Positions 46,205 through 57,400 of a stretch of 64,000 bases of DNA are shown piece by piece. The first letter of the stretch is position 1. Every line of letters begins with the position of its first letter. A program made the translations under genes and the position numbers. The notes under the pieces are model-generated. The model had not been told where the DNA came from. It saw only the letters and a list, made by a program, of their open reading frames with translations, and ran no database searches. Location: the NCBI GenBank assembly GCA_965204165.1, contig OZ241969.1, positions 498,910 through 562,909 on the forward strand, in the 5' to 3' direction. Source of the stretch: Candidatus Poriferihabitaceae bacterium. Its GTDB lineage: Bacteria; Pseudomonadota; Gammaproteobacteria; Arenicellales; Poriferihabitantaceae.

Positions 46205-46816
46205 TTACCTGCGGTTGGGAATCAGGGTGCCCAGTCCCTGGAGATAGGCGATCATGGCGTCCATCTCGGTCTTGCCCTCCAGCGCGGCCGGCGCGGCGGC
46301 GATCTCCTCGTCCGAGTAGGGATGGCCCAGCATGCGCAGCGCCCGCATCCGGGCCTGGATGGTGGAGGCGTCCAGGGGAGTCTCCTCCAGCCAGGGATAT
46401 CCCGGCATGATGGATTCCGGCACCACGTCGCGGGGGCGGATCAGGTGGATCCGGTGCCAGTCGTCGCTGTAGCGCCCCCCCACCCTGGCGAGATCGGGGC
46501 CCGTGCGCTTGGAGCCCCACAGGAACGGCCGGTCATAGACGAACTCCCCCGCCACGGAATAGTGGCCGTAGCGCTCGGTCTCCGTGCGGAAGGGCCGGAT
46601 CAGCTGGGAGTGGCAGGAAACGCAGGACTCCCGGATGTACAGGTCGCGCCCGGCCAGGGACAGGGCGTCGTAGGGCTTCAGCCCCTCCACCGGCTCGGTG
46701 GTGGAAACCTGGAAAAACAGCGGCACGATCTGGACCAGGCCGCCGACGCTGACCAGCAGGATGACCAGCACGATCATCAGCCCGATGTTCTTTTCCGCTT
46801 TCTGCTGAATGGACAT
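46205..46816 (-). CDS. ccoO: cbb3-type cytochrome c oxidase subunit II (monohaem c)
   Basis: 203 aa with an N-terminal TM and CVSCHSQ. Confidence 0.9.
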   Translation of the reverse strand: MSIQQKAEKNIGLMIVLVILLVSVGGLVQIVPLFFQVSTTEPVEGLKPYDALSLAGRDLYIRESCVSCHSQLIRPFRTETERYGHYSVAGEFVYDRPFLWGSKRTGPDLARVGGRYSDDWHRIHLIRPRDVVPESIMPGYPWLEETPLDASTIQARMRALRMLGHPYSDEEIAAAPAALEGKTEMDAMIAYLQGLGTLIPNRR

Positions 46817-46837
46817 GGTTGTTTCCCGAATCGAGGA

Positions 46838-48259
46838 TTAATGCGCGGGAGCGAGCACGGGCGCGTCCTCGGCCCTGCCGCTTCTGACGGTCATGTACAC
46901 GTTGTATGCCATGACCAGCATGCCGCCGAGATAGATCAGGCCGCCCAGGAACCGCACCAGGTAGTAGGGATGCATGGCCTCGACGGTCTCGATGAAGCTG
47001 TAGATCAGGGTGCCGTCCTCGTTCACCGCGCGCCACATCAGGCCCTGCATGATCCCGGAGATCCACATGGAGGTGATGTAGAGCACGATGCCGACGGTGG
47101 CCATCCAGAAATGCAGGTCGATCAGCCTGACGCTGTAGATCTTCTGCCCGTAGAGCCTGGGGATCAGGTAGTAGAGCGCCCCCATGGACACCATGCCGAC
47201 CCAGCCGAGAGCGCCGGAGTGGACGTGCCCGATGGTCCAGTCGGTGAAGTGGGACAGCGCATTCACCGTCTTGATGGACATCATCGGCCCCTCGAAGGTG
47301 GACATGCCGTAGAACGACACCGAGACGATGAGGAATTTCAGGATCGGGTCAGTACGCAGCTTGTGCCAGGCGCCGGAAAGGGTCATGATGCCGTTGATCA
47401 TGCCGCCCCAGGAGGGCGCCAGCAGCACCAGCGAGAACACCATGCCGAGAGACTGGGCCCAGTCCGGCAGCACGGAGTAGTGGAGGTGGTGGGGGCCGGC
47501 CCAGATGTAGGTGAAGATCAGGGACCAGAAGTGCACCACCGACAGCCGGTAGGAATACACCGGCCGGTTCGCCTGCTTGGGAATGAAGTAGTACATGATC
47601 CCGAGGAACCCGGCGGTGAGAAAGAATCCCACCGCGTTGTGGCCATACCACCACTGCACCATGGCGTCATGCACGCCGGCATAGACGGAGTAGGACTTGA
47701 GGTGGGTGACCGGCACCGCCAGGCTGTTGAAGATGTGCAGGATGGCCACGGTGACGATGAAGGCCCCGAAGAACCAGTTGGCGACGTAGATGTGCTTGAC
47801 CCGGCGCTTCATGATGGTGGCGAAGAAGACCAGGGCATAGGAAACCCACACCACCGCGATCAGGATGTCGATGGGCCACTCGAGTTCGGCATACTCCTTG
47901 GTGGTGGTGATGCCGAGGGGCAGCGTGACCGCGGCCAGGACGATGACCAGGTTCCACCCCCAGAAGGTGAACGCCGCCAGCGGTCCCAGCGCCAGCCGGG
48001 TGTGGCAGGTCCGCTGCACCACGTAGTACGACGTGGCGAACAGGGCGCTGCCGCCGAAGGCGAAGATCACCGCGTTGGTGTGCAGCGGCCGGAGCCGGCC
48101 GAACGTCAGCCAGGCCGTGTCGAAATTCAGCGCCGGCCAGACCAGCTGGGCGGCGATCAACACCCCGACCAGCATGCCCACGATCCCCCATACGACGGTC
48201 ATGATGGCAAACTGCCGCACCACGGTGTAGTTGTAGACGTCCGGGCTTGTTGTACTCAT
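46838..48259 (-). CDS. ccoN: cbb3-type cytochrome c oxidase subunit I
   Basis: Start moved to ATG 48259 ([25 protein letters not shown]...). About 12 TM segments, and the haem-copper His ligands are present ([29 protein letters not shown]). Confidence 0.95.
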   Translation of the reverse strand: MSTTSPDVYNYTVVRQFAIMTVVWGIVGMLVGVLIAAQLVWPALNFDTAWLTFGRLRPLHTNAVIFAFGGSALFATSYYVVQRTCHTRLALGPLAAFTFWGWNLVIVLAAVTLPLGITTTKEYAELEWPIDILIAVVWVSYALVFFATIMKRRVKHIYVANWFFGAFIVTVAILHIFNSLAVPVTHLKSYSVYAGVHDAMVQWWYGHNAVGFFLTAGFLGIMYYFIPKQANRPVYSYRLSVVHFWSLIFTYIWAGPHHLHYSVLPDWAQSLGMVFSLVLLAPSWGGMINGIMTLSGAWHKLRTDPILKFLIVSVSFYGMSTFEGPMMSIKTVNALSHFTDWTIGHVHSGALGWVGMVSMGALYYLIPRLYGQKIYSVRLIDLHFWMATVGIVLYITSMWISGIMQGLMWRAVNEDGTLIYSFIETVEAMHPYYLVRFLGGLIYLGGMLVMAYNVYMTVRSGRAEDAPVLAPAH

Positions 48260-48306
48260 GCTGAAATCCTGAAGAGATTGAATGCGGGAGAAGACGGGGC
48301 TGAACC

Positions 48307-48909
48307 TCAGGTCCTGAAGTCGGGACCGGCGCCGAATCCCCAGAAACTGACCGTCACCACGATGAGCCCCACGAGGGCCACCAGTCCGAGGGCGAGGATG
48401 GCGCTGGAGAAGAGGAATCCCTGCTCCTTGTTGACCTCCATCATGATCGGCACCCCGGTATACAGGAGCGCCACGCTGTATCCCAGCGCCGGGAGGCCGA
48501 GGAAGTACACGAACCAGGGCATGGGATAGAGCATCGCGAGCCCGACCAGGAACAGCGGGACCGCGGTGAACGCCGCCAGGGAGAAACATTCCTGCAGGGA
48601 CTTGTCGGAATCATAGGTCCGGGCCATCCAGTGGATCGTCCGGGCAAGGATGTAGACCACCGCCAGCATGGCAAAGAACGTGAGCACCGAGATCTTCAGC
48701 GCGCTGTCGGGCGTCAGGCGCACCACGTCCCCTGCCCCCACCCGCCACCCGACCGTGGAGGTGCCGATATACGACGCCACCGGCGCGATCAGGGCCAGGG
48801 GAATGACGTAGCGGGCGTAGCATTCCTTCACGGACAGTGCTTCCGCCTTGACTGCCTCCCATCCCGCCGAGGGGCGGAGCATCAGGTTGGTGATCAGGCT
48901 GATTTTCAC
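48307..48909 (-). CDS. Yip1-domain membrane protein
   Basis: 200 aa with a GTG start preceded by GGGAGAA. Five TM segments in a Yip1/DUF1282-like layout. It lies 47 bp upstream of ccoN on the same strand. Confidence 0.6.
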   Translation of the reverse strand: MKISLITNLMLRPSAGWEAVKAEALSVKECYARYVIPLALIAPVASYIGTSTVGWRVGAGDVVRLTPDSALKISVLTFFAMLAVVYILARTIHWMARTYDSDKSLQECFSLAAFTAVPLFLVGLAMLYPMPWFVYFLGLPALGYSVALLYTGVPIMMEVNKEQGFLFSSAILALGLVALVGLIVVTVSFWGFGAGPDFRT

Positions 48910-48965
48910 GGTTTTCTCCCGTAATCTGGGTATGCTAATACTCCCCCAGCCCCCCGGCGTGATTC

Positions 48966-48979
48966 TTGACCCAAATCAA
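48966..48979. promoter_or_regulatory. FNR/Anr-type box TTGAC-CCAA-ATCAA
   Basis: 9/10 match to TTGAT-N4-ATCAA in the yip1-ccoN / ccoI divergent region. Its centre is about 44 bp upstream of a position roughly 20 nt before the yip1 GTG. A TATTAG -10 candidate lies at 48935-48940 on the minus strand. Confidence 0.5.
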
Positions 48980-49010
48980 GATCAGCCGGAATTACTCGGT
49001 TAGGCTTCGG

Positions 49011-50987
49011 ATGTCCACCACCGGCAGGTCCAACTTGAACATCGCCGTACCGCTCAGGGAGGATGCCGGCGGCTCCCCGCCGGACATCCCCTGTTTCCAC
49101 TGCGCCCTGCCCGTGACCACGGCGGGCGAGTTCCGGACCCGGACAGAAGACGGCGGCCGGGAGTTCTGCTGCGCCGGCTGCCAGGCGGTGTCCGAGGTCA
49201 TCAGCGCCGGGGGCATGGAGCGCTACTATGCCCTGCGGGATGCGCCCGGCAACCGTCCCGAAGCGGTGGACCGCCAGCAGTTCCTGGTCTATGACAATCC
49301 CAGGCTGCAGCAGGGCTGGCTCATCCGGAAGGACCAGTTCGCGGAAGCGGAATTCCTCGTCGACGGCATTGCCTGCGCGGCCTGCGTCTGGCTGATCGAG
49401 AGCTGGCTGGCGCGGCTGCCCGGGGTGGAGTCGGCCGACGTGAACTTCAGTACGCACCGGCTGGGGGTCCGCTGGGACCCGTCCCTGGCCGGGGTCAGCG
49501 ACCTGCTGATGGCGGTGCACCAGGTGGGCTACCGGGCCCTGCCCTACACCAGGGAGGCGCGCAGGTCGCTTGAGGAGAACCGGCGCCGGGAACTGCTCAA
49601 GCGCCTGGGCGTGGCGGCCGCCCTCGGGATGCAGGTGATGGTGATCAGCGTGGCGCTGTACGCCGGCGACTGGTTCGGCATCGAACCCGCCCTGGCGGAC
49701 TTTCTGCGGCGCGTCAACCTGCTGCTGGTGCTGCCGATCGTCGGCTATTCCGCCCAGCCCTTCTTCCGCGGCGCCTGGCGCGGCATCCGCACCCGCTCGC
49801 CGGGCATGGACCTGCCGGTCAGCCTCGGTATCGCCCTGGCCTTCGCCGGCAGCCTGTGGGCCACGGTGTCCGGCGGAGGCGACGTCTACTACGACTCCAT
49901 CGCGATGTTCGTCTTCTTCCTGCTCGGTGCGCGCTACCTGGAACTGGGCGCCCGGCTGAAAGGCGCGCGGGCCATGGACTCCCTGGCTGCCGTGGTGCCG
50001 GGCACCGCCCGCCGGCGGCGGGCTGACAACACCCTGGAGACCGTGCCGGCCGCGGAGACGGAGGCGGGCGAGCGGCTCCTGGTCCGCGCGGGCGAGGTGG
50101 TGCCGGCGGACGGCGTGATCGACGACGGCGCCTCCAGTTTCGACGAGTCGCTCATGACCGGGGAGGACCGGCCGGTGTCCCGCGGTGTCGGGGACCCGGT
50201 GATGGCGGGATCCGTGAACGTCTCCCAGCCGGTGACCGTCACCATCACTGCGCGTCCCGGCGCGACGGTGCTCGATTCGATCCTCAGGCTGGCGGAACGG
50301 GCTCATGCGGACAAGCCGCGCATTTCCCGGCTGGCGGAACGGGTTGCCCGCTGGTTCGTGGTGGGCGTCGTCATGCTGGCGGCGGCGGTGGCGGGCCTTG
50401 GTCTCTGGCTGGGGAATCCCGCCTGGCTGCCCACCACCATCGCGGTCCTGGTGGTGACCTGCCCCTGCGCGCTGTCCCTGGCGACGCCCCTGGCCCTCCA
50501 TGCGGGCATCGGAAACCTGGTCCGGCGCGGTGTGCATGTCGTTCGCGGCCATGCGCTGGAGACGCTCAACCGGGTGAATCACGTGGTGTTCGACAAGACC
50601 GGCACGCTGACCCGCGCGGAAATGGCCCTTGAGGGCATCACCACCCTTGGCCACCTTGATTCCGGGGAGGCGCTCAGGATCGCCGCGGCCCTGGAACAGG
50701 GCGCAAGCCACCCCCTGGCCCGGCCCCTGCTGGAGGCCGCGGGGGACGCCCCCCTGCCCCGGGTGACGGATTTCGCCAACGTGCCGGGACGGGGCGTCCG
50801 CGGCCGGGTGGACGGGAAAGAGTACCGGCTGGGAACAGCGGAATTCGTCGCCGAATCCATGGGCAGGCTTGACTTGGGCGGGGCGGCGGCGGACCGCACG
50901 GACGCCGCCGGCCTCCTGGTGACGCTGGGCGAGGCGTCGGGCCCGGTGGCGACATTCAGGTTCCGGGATGAACTCCGTGCGGGCGTA
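49011..50987 (+). pseudogene. ccoI: copper-translocating P1B-type ATPase CcoI/FixI, 5' fragment (interrupted by IS)
   Basis: N-terminal CxxC metal sites (CFHCALPV, CCAGCQAV), the CPC motif (VVTCPCALSLATP) and DKTGTLT are present. Similarity stops after FRFRDELRAG(V) at about 50987. The ORF then reads 55 IS-derived codons to a stop at 51152. Confidence 0.85.
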
Positions 50988-50988
50988 T

Positions 50989-51000
50989 ATGGACGCCGCC
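50989..51000. repeat. IS terminal/subterminal inverted repeat (left in window): ATGGACGCCGCC
   Basis: Exact reverse complement of 52601-52612. Confidence 0.7.
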
Positions 51001-51471
51001 GGGTTTGCAACCCCCCGGCTTCACGCTTTGGCAGTTTGACAAGTCGTCGAGCGCGGTCGTATATCAGGCCTCTGATTAAGCGGCATCACGATGTGCCGCG
51101 GGCCGGTATGGATATCAGCGGAACAGGTCCAGATCGCACTGTAGGCCTTTAGGCCGATGCCCGCACATGGTTTTCCTGTCCCCGGCTATTCGACTGTTTG
51201 CCCCTACTGCCTCTGCGCTCTTTCGAGTGGTTGCAACAACCCGGTCTCCCGGTTCCTCGTGGTTAACTCACGATCGCCGGAAAGCCGGGACGGTTCCGGA
51301 GTATTCCCCGGAATCGTTCAGGTGCCGGTCCGGCCTGCCTTGCAGACCGCAGCGGCGAAGTTCTTTTCCAGGGCCGGGGAGGCCTTTGCAGGCCCGTCCT
51401 GGCGCCGAACGCGGGACACCCTCGGCCATACGAGGTCGCCAACCCATGTCTGAGTGTCTCCGGACACATTC

Positions 51472-52527
51472 TCACGCTCCCGCGGCCTGGATGCCGGCAG
51501 CCCGGACTACCGCGTCATGCCGATAGTCCTCCCCCTTCATCAGCAGCGCCCACATGATCCGTGCCATCTTGTTGGCCAGCACGATGGCGGCCTGGATCGT
51601 CGGCTTGCGTTCGAGCAGCCGCTTCAACCAGGGGTCCGGCTCCTTGCCCCAGCGGGTCGTTCGCTGGATCACGGTCATCGCGCCGGTGATCAGCAGTCGG
51701 CGCAGGTCCCGCTGACCCATCTTCGACAGCTCCCCGATCCTGGTCTTCCCCCCGGACGATTTCTGAAGGGGCACGAGACCGAGCCAGGCTGCGAAATCCC
51801 TGCCGCACCTGAAGTCCTCCATGTCCGGCGCAAAGGCCAGGAACGCCAGTCCCGTGATCGGGCCCACGCCCGGAATGGTCCGAAGACGTCGAATGGTTTC
51901 ATCATCCCTGGCGGCCGCCCGGCCCTGGCGGTCCAGTTCGACAATCCGGGCATCGAACGCGCGGATCTGCTTTACGAGCATGTCCGCCATCTCCCGGGCG
52001 AGGTCGGGAAGCCGGGAGTCTTCCCGGTCCTCCAGCACCGCCTCCAGGGTCTTGACGTTGGCCCGCCCCCTGGGCGCCACCAGGCCGTACTCCGCCAGCA
52101 GTCCCCGCAGGGAATTGATGGTCTGCGTACGCTGACGGACCATGAGGTCCCGGACCCGGAACAGCATGGCCCGTGCCTGCTGGCCTTCGTCTTTTACCGA
52201 AACGACCCGCATCGTCGGGCGTGAGGCCGCCTCCGCGATGGCTTCCGCATCCGCCATGTCGTTCTTGTGCCGTTTGACGAACGGCTTCACATAGGCGGGC
52301 GGCAGAATATGAACCCGGTGGCCCAGCTGGCGGATCTCACGTGCCCAGTGGTGGGCCCCGCCGCAGGCCTCCAACGCAACCAGGCAGGGGGGCTGCTTGC
52401 CCAGAAAGTACAGCAGCTTCCCCCGCGTGACCCGCTTGCGGAATGCCACCGAGCCGTCCTGGTAGGCCCCGTGGAGCTGGAATAGATTCTTTGCCAGGTC
52501 AATACCGATGATGCTAATCTTTTTCAT
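51472..52527 (-). CDS. IS110 family transposase (DEDD N-terminal domain + Transposase_20 C-terminal domain)
   Basis: 351 aa with MKKISIIGIDLAKNLFQLHG, ALEACGGAHHWA, KNDMADAEAI and LRTIPGVGPITGLAFLAF. Confidence 0.9.
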   Translation of the reverse strand: MKKISIIGIDLAKNLFQLHGAYQDGSVAFRKRVTRGKLLYFLGKQPPCLVALEACGGAHHWAREIRQLGHRVHILPPAYVKPFVKRHKNDMADAEAIAEAASRPTMRVVSVKDEGQQARAMLFRVRDLMVRQRTQTINSLRGLLAEYGLVAPRGRANVKTLEAVLEDREDSRLPDLAREMADMLVKQIRAFDARIVELDRQGRAAARDDETIRRLRTIPGVGPITGLAFLAFAPDMEDFRCGRDFAAWLGLVPLQKSSGGKTRIGELSKMGQRDLRRLLITGAMTVIQRTTRWGKEPDPWLKRLLERKPTIQAAIVLANKMARIMWALLMKGEDYRHDAVVRAAGIQAAGA

Positions 52528-52600
52528 GGATGTCGTCTCTCGTTGAAGGAGTGTTCAATGCCAGCCTGCTGGCACCTGCTTCACTATGAAGCAGTAGAGA

Positions 52601-52612
52601 GGCGGCGTCCAT
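52601..52612. repeat. IS terminal/subterminal inverted repeat (right in window): GGCGGCGTCCAT
   Basis: Exact reverse complement of 50989-51000. Confidence 0.7.
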
Positions 52613-53128
52613 TCCATCGCACACGGCCTCGTGCAGCGGATGCGGTCCGACGGCATGGACATTTCCCTGCTGTCCGGAGACCGCCCCGGCGCGGTGGACG
52701 CCATTGCCCGGGACGTGGGCATCGGGGATGCCCGCGGCGGATGCCTGCCCGGGCAGAAGCTTGCCGCACTGGACACCCTGATCGGGGACGGCAGGGTGGT
52801 AGCCATGGTGGGCGACGGGATCAACGACGCGCCCGCGCTGGCCAGGGCCCATCTCGGCGTCGCCATGGCGCGCAATGTCAACCTGGCCTCCGCCAGCGCC
52901 GACATGGTGATCACGGCGGATGATCTCGGGGTGCTCGGCGACGCCCGGCGCGTTGCCCGGCGCACCTTCCGCATCATCCGCCAGAACATCGCCTGGGCGC
53001 TGGCCTATAATATCCTGGCCGTGCCCGCGGCGCTGGCCGGCATGGTGCCCCCCTGGCTGGCGGGCATCGGCATGTCCCTCAGTTCCGTGGTGGTTGTACT
53101 GAACGCCGCGCGCCTGACCAGAGACTGA
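52613..53128 (+). pseudogene. ccoI: CcoI/FixI P-type ATPase, 3' fragment
   Basis: SIAHGLVQRMRSDGMDISLLSGDRPGAV...MVGDGINDAPALA... (hinge motif) plus the last two TM helices. It is in frame with the 5' fragment once the IS is removed. Confidence 0.85.
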
Positions 53129-53132
53129 ATCC

Positions 53133-53318
53133 ATGGAAATCATCTACCTGCTGATACCGCTGTCCATCGTGCTGGTGGCGGCCATCGTCGGGGTTTTCCT
53201 GTGGTCGGTGCGCAGCGGACAGTTCGACGACCTCAAGGGACCGGCGCACCGTATCCTGATGGACGACGACGCCCCCGCCCGGAAGAACGCAAGCCAGGAC
53301 CCGTCCGCCGCCGATTGA
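53133..53318 (+). CDS. ccoS: cbb3 oxidase maturation protein CcoS/FixS
   Basis: 61 aa. MEIIYLLIPLSIVLVAAIVGVFLWSVRSGQFDDL is the classical CcoS sequence pattern. Confidence 0.85.
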   Translation: MEIIYLLIPLSIVLVAAIVGVFLWSVRSGQFDDLKGPAHRILMDDDAPARKNASQDPSAAD

Positions 53319-53451
53319 GGCGTGCTCCGCCCGGCCCGGCGGGCCGGGAACATGACCGCCGCCGCCCTGGTATACAATCCGGCGTGCCGCGCGCCGGGGA
53401 TCACGGATTCCGGGAACGCCCGGCACCTTCCCGTTCCTACCTCACACCGCG

Positions 53452-54447
53452 ATGCACAGCAGAAAACTTGGCCCCTTCTCCGTTTCCGCCATCGGCCTCG
53501 GCTGCATGAACGTGTCCTCGGGCTATGGCCCGAGGCCCGGGGAAGACCATGCCGGCCGGCTGTTCAACCAGGCCCTGGATGCCGGCTACACCTTCCTCGA
53601 CACCGCCGCCATGTACGGCATGGGCCACAACGAAACGCTGATCGGGAAATACCTGTCCCACCGCCGGGACGAGTACACGCTGGCCAGCAAGTGCGGGATC
53701 TTCCGCAATGACGCCGGCGCCGCCGAGACGGACGGCAGGCCGGAGGTGCTGCTCCGGACCTGCGAGGACAGTCTCCGGCGACTGAACACGGAGGTCATCG
53801 ACCTCTACTACCTGCACCGGATCGACCCCAGGGTGCCGGTGGAGGAAAGCGTGGGCGCCCTCGCGCGCATGGTGGAGGCGGGCAAGGTCCGCACCATCGG
53901 GCTGTCGGAAATCTCTTCCGACAGCCTCCGCCGCGCCCATGCCGTGCATCCCGTCACCGCGGTACAGTCGGAGTACTCGCTCTGGACCAGGACGCCGGAA
54001 CGGAAGATTCTCGCGGCCTGCGGGGAACTGGGCATCGCCTTCGTCCCGTTCTCTCCCCTGGCCCGGCAGTTCCTCACCGGCAAATGCGGCGACGTGACCA
54101 CGGTCCTCGAGGGCGACATCCGTGCCTCCATCGCCCGGCCCCGGTTCGAACCCGGGGCATTCGCCCGCAACAGCAGGCTCCTGGTGCCCTATGCCGAAAT
54201 CGCCGGGCGCGTCGGCTGTTCCATGGCGCAGCTGGCGCTTGCCTGGCTGCTCGCCCGCGGGGAAAACATCATCCCCATTCCCGGCACCAAGCACATCGAC
54301 TACATGGTCGAAAACGCGGGCGCCGGCGATGTGCGCCTCGACCCCGAAACGGTTGGTGAACTCGACGCCCTGATCAACGAGGACACGGTGGAGGGAAGGC
54401 GCTACACGGACGCGGTGATGGAAAAGGTGGATTCGGAGCGGGACTGA
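53452..54447 (+). CDS. aldo/keto reductase
   Basis: 331 aa with GLGCM, FLDTAAMYG, DLYYLHR, GLSE and QSEYSLW motifs. Confidence 0.85.
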   Translation: MHSRKLGPFSVSAIGLGCMNVSSGYGPRPGEDHAGRLFNQALDAGYTFLDTAAMYGMGHNETLIGKYLSHRRDEYTLASKCGIFRNDAGAAETDGRPEVLLRTCEDSLRRLNTEVIDLYYLHRIDPRVPVEESVGALARMVEAGKVRTIGLSEISSDSLRRAHAVHPVTAVQSEYSLWTRTPERKILAACGELGIAFVPFSPLARQFLTGKCGDVTTVLEGDIRASIARPRFEPGAFARNSRLLVPYAEIAGRVGCSMAQLALAWLLARGENIIPIPGTKHIDYMVENAGAGDVRLDPETVGELDALINEDTVEGRRYTDAVMEKVDSERD

Positions 54448-54466
54448 GCCCCGGGGAGACGCCCGG

Positions 54467-57400
54467 TCAGGCGTACTCCAGGGCGCGCGGCTGCCTTTCC
54501 CTGACGTTGGCGCTTCTCAGCGCATCCGCGTCGTAACGGAAACGCAGGTCCGGCGGGGAGATGCCCCGCAGCCCGGCAAACAGCCCGGGGTCCGGCCTGA
54601 CCCGCCGCCCGGCGCCCAGGCGAAGGTCGCCGGTCTCCCCGCTGCGCCTCCTGTAGTGCAGGGTGACCCCGACGTCGCCGCCCGCATACCGTCCCAGCAA
54701 CGCCTCCATGTCGGCGACATGGCCGTCATCCACGAATTCCTCGGACAGGCAGATGCCCACCTCCCGCAGGAATTCACGCCTGAGCTGGTCGATGGAATAC
54801 AGGGCGCCGGCCCGCATCTGCGGGTTGCCGGTGTAATCGTCGGTACTGAGCTCGCCCTGGACGATGATGATCGCGTCCTTGCGAACCACGTCCGAATATG
54901 CGGCGAATTTCTCGGCGAACAGGCTGACCTCGATCCTTGAGACCCCGTCATCGAGCGTGGCCACCGCCATTTTCCCGCGCCGGGTGTTGAGCACCCTGAG
55001 GCCCGTCACCAGGCCGGCGATCACCCCGTCCCGCGGAGTGCCGAGGTCCAGGGCATGCGGGGCCCGGACCACCAGCCCTGCCAGTTCCTCCCGATAGCGG
55101 TCGAAGGGATGCCCGGTGAGGTAGAGCCCCAGCGTCTCCCGTTCCCCGGCGAGGCGCTCGTCCTCGGTCCAGGGCGCAACCTCCGGAGTGCTGACTTCCG
55201 CCAGGGGCACCGCGGTCACGCCGAACATGTCCGACTGTCCCGCGTCCCGGTCCGTCTGCTGCTGGTCCGCCGCGTGCATGGCCCTGCCGACATCGGCCAT
55301 CAACTGCGCCCGGTTGCCGTGCAACCCGTCCATGGCGCCGCTCTTGATCAGTGCCTCCAGGACCCGCCTGTTGACCTTCTTCCCGTCCACGCGCCGGCAG
55401 AAATCGAACAGGTCCGGAAACGCCCCGCCGGCGTTGCGCTCGTCGACGATGGCGTCGATCACGCCGCGGCCGATGCCCTTCAAGGCCCCGACGCCGTACT
55501 GTATCCGCCGGTCGTCGACGGGCCGGAAGCCGTAACTGCAGGCATTGATGTCCGGGGGCAGCACCTCGAGCCCCATGTCCAGGGCGTCCGCCCGCAGGGA
55601 AACCACCTTGTCGGTGTTGTCGATGTCCGCGGTCATGGCCGCGGCCATGAACGCCGCGGGATAGCGGGCCTTCAGCCAGCCGGTGTGATAGGACACCAGG
55701 GCATAGGCCGCGGAATGCGACTTGTTGAATCCGTATCCCGCGAACTTTTCCATCAGGTCGAAGATGGATTCCGCGATGCCCCTTTTCACACCGCGTTCCA
55801 CGGCGCCGTCGGCGAACATCTGGCGATGCTTGGCCATCTCCTCGGGCTTTTTCTTGCCCATGGCGCGGCGCAGCAGGTCGGCCCCGCCGAGGGTGAACCC
55901 GGCCAGTTCCTGTGCGATCTGCATCACCTGCTCCTGGTAGAGGATCACGCCGTAGGTGGACTGCAGTATCGGGCTGATGTCCGGGTGCGGGGAGCGGACC
56001 GGCTCGCGGCCGTGCTTGCGGTTGATGAAGTCGTCCACCATGCCCGACTGCAGCGGCCCCGGACGAAACAGGGCAACCAGGGCGACCAGGTCCTCGAAGC
56101 TGTCCGGCTGCAGGCGGAGGATCAGTTCCTTCATGCCCCGGGATTCCAGCTGAAAGATGGCCGTGGTCCTGCCCTGGCGGATCAGTTCATACGTCTTCGC
56201 GTCATCCAGTGGCAGGGTGTCGTCCAGGACCAGCGGCGGATCGCCCGCGGCCTGTCTCTGGTCATTGGCCATGCGCACCGCGTTGTCGATGATCGTGAGG
56301 GTCTTGAGACCGAGAAAATCGAATTTCACGAGGCCGATGCTTTCGAGGTCGTCCTTGTCGAACTGGGTGATGGCCTGGCTGAGGTGCCGGTCCGCGTACA
56401 GCGGCGTGAACTCGGTCAGGGGCCGCGGCGCGATGACCACGCCGCCGGCATGCTTGCCCACGTTGCGGGCAATGCCTTCGAGCTGCAGGGCCATGTCGAT
56501 CAGTTCCTGGATCTCGGGCTCCTCCCGGTAGCGCGCCGCAAGGGCCTCTTCCTGGCGGAGCGCCTTGTCCAGGGTCATCCCGAGCTCGAAGGGGATCAGC
56601 TTGGCGACCTGGTCGACGAAGCCGTAGGGCTGTCCCATGACCCTGCCGACATCCCGCACCACCGCCTTGGCCGCCATGGTGCCGAACGTGATGATCTGGG
56701 CAACCTGTTCCCTGCCGTAACGGTCCGCGACATATTCGATGACCCGGTCGCGGCCGTCGACGCAGAAGTCCACGTCGAAATCCGGCAGGGAAACCCGCTC
56801 GGGGTTGAGAAACCGCTCGAACAGGAGTCCGTACCTGAGCGGGTCGAGATCGGTGATTCCCGTGGACCACGCCACCAGCGAGCCCGCGCCGGATCCGCGT
56901 CCGGGCCCTACCGGGATCCCGTTTTCCCGAGACCAGCGGATGAAATCCGCCACGATCAGGAAATAACCGGAAAATCCCATCTGGTCGATCACCGACAGCT
57001 CCATCTCCATGCGGTCCAGGTAGGTCGGCTGCACGGCGGCCTGGCCATCGGCGCCCCGGATGGCCCCGACGCCGAGGCGCCGGGCCAGTCCCTTCTCGGT
57101 CTCCTGCCGGAGCAGGCCGGAGACGGATTCGTCCCGTGCACCGGGGTAGTCCGGCAGGTAATTCTCGTCAAAGCGGAGAAAGAGGTTGCAGCGCTTGGCC
57201 ACCTCCGCGGTGTTCGCGACCGCCTCGGGATGATCCCGGAACAGCATCACCATCTCCTCGCTGCTGCGGAGGTATTGCCGGTCGGTGAATCTCCTGGGAC
57301 GGCGGCTGTCCCGGAGCACCCGGCCGTCATTGATGCACACCCGGATCTCGTGGGCCTCGTATTCGTCCGGGGTGAGATAGACCACGCGGTTGGTGGCCAC

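Larger units (their letters stand above)
50988..52612 (-). mobile_element. IS110-family insertion sequence (IS1111-like layout), about 1.62 kb
   Basis: It is bounded by 12-bp perfect inverted repeats and contains a DEDD-type IS110 transposase. Deleting 50988-52612 (or 50991-52612) restores a continuous ccoI frame. Confidence 0.8.

Noticed and set aside
51055-51152. IS-derived tail of the truncated ccoI ORF contains RAGMDIS, reminiscent of DGMDIS in the genuine 3' fragment (52649-52666)
   Set aside because: The nucleotide sequences differ (ATGGATATCAGC versus ATGGACATTTCC) and the similarity covers only 5 residues. I judged it coincidental rather than a partial target duplication.
53319-53451. 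GC hairpin CCCGGCCC-GGC-GGGCCGGG just after ccoS
   Set aside because: It is a plausible transcript end but lacks a U-tract. It is not reported as a terminator.
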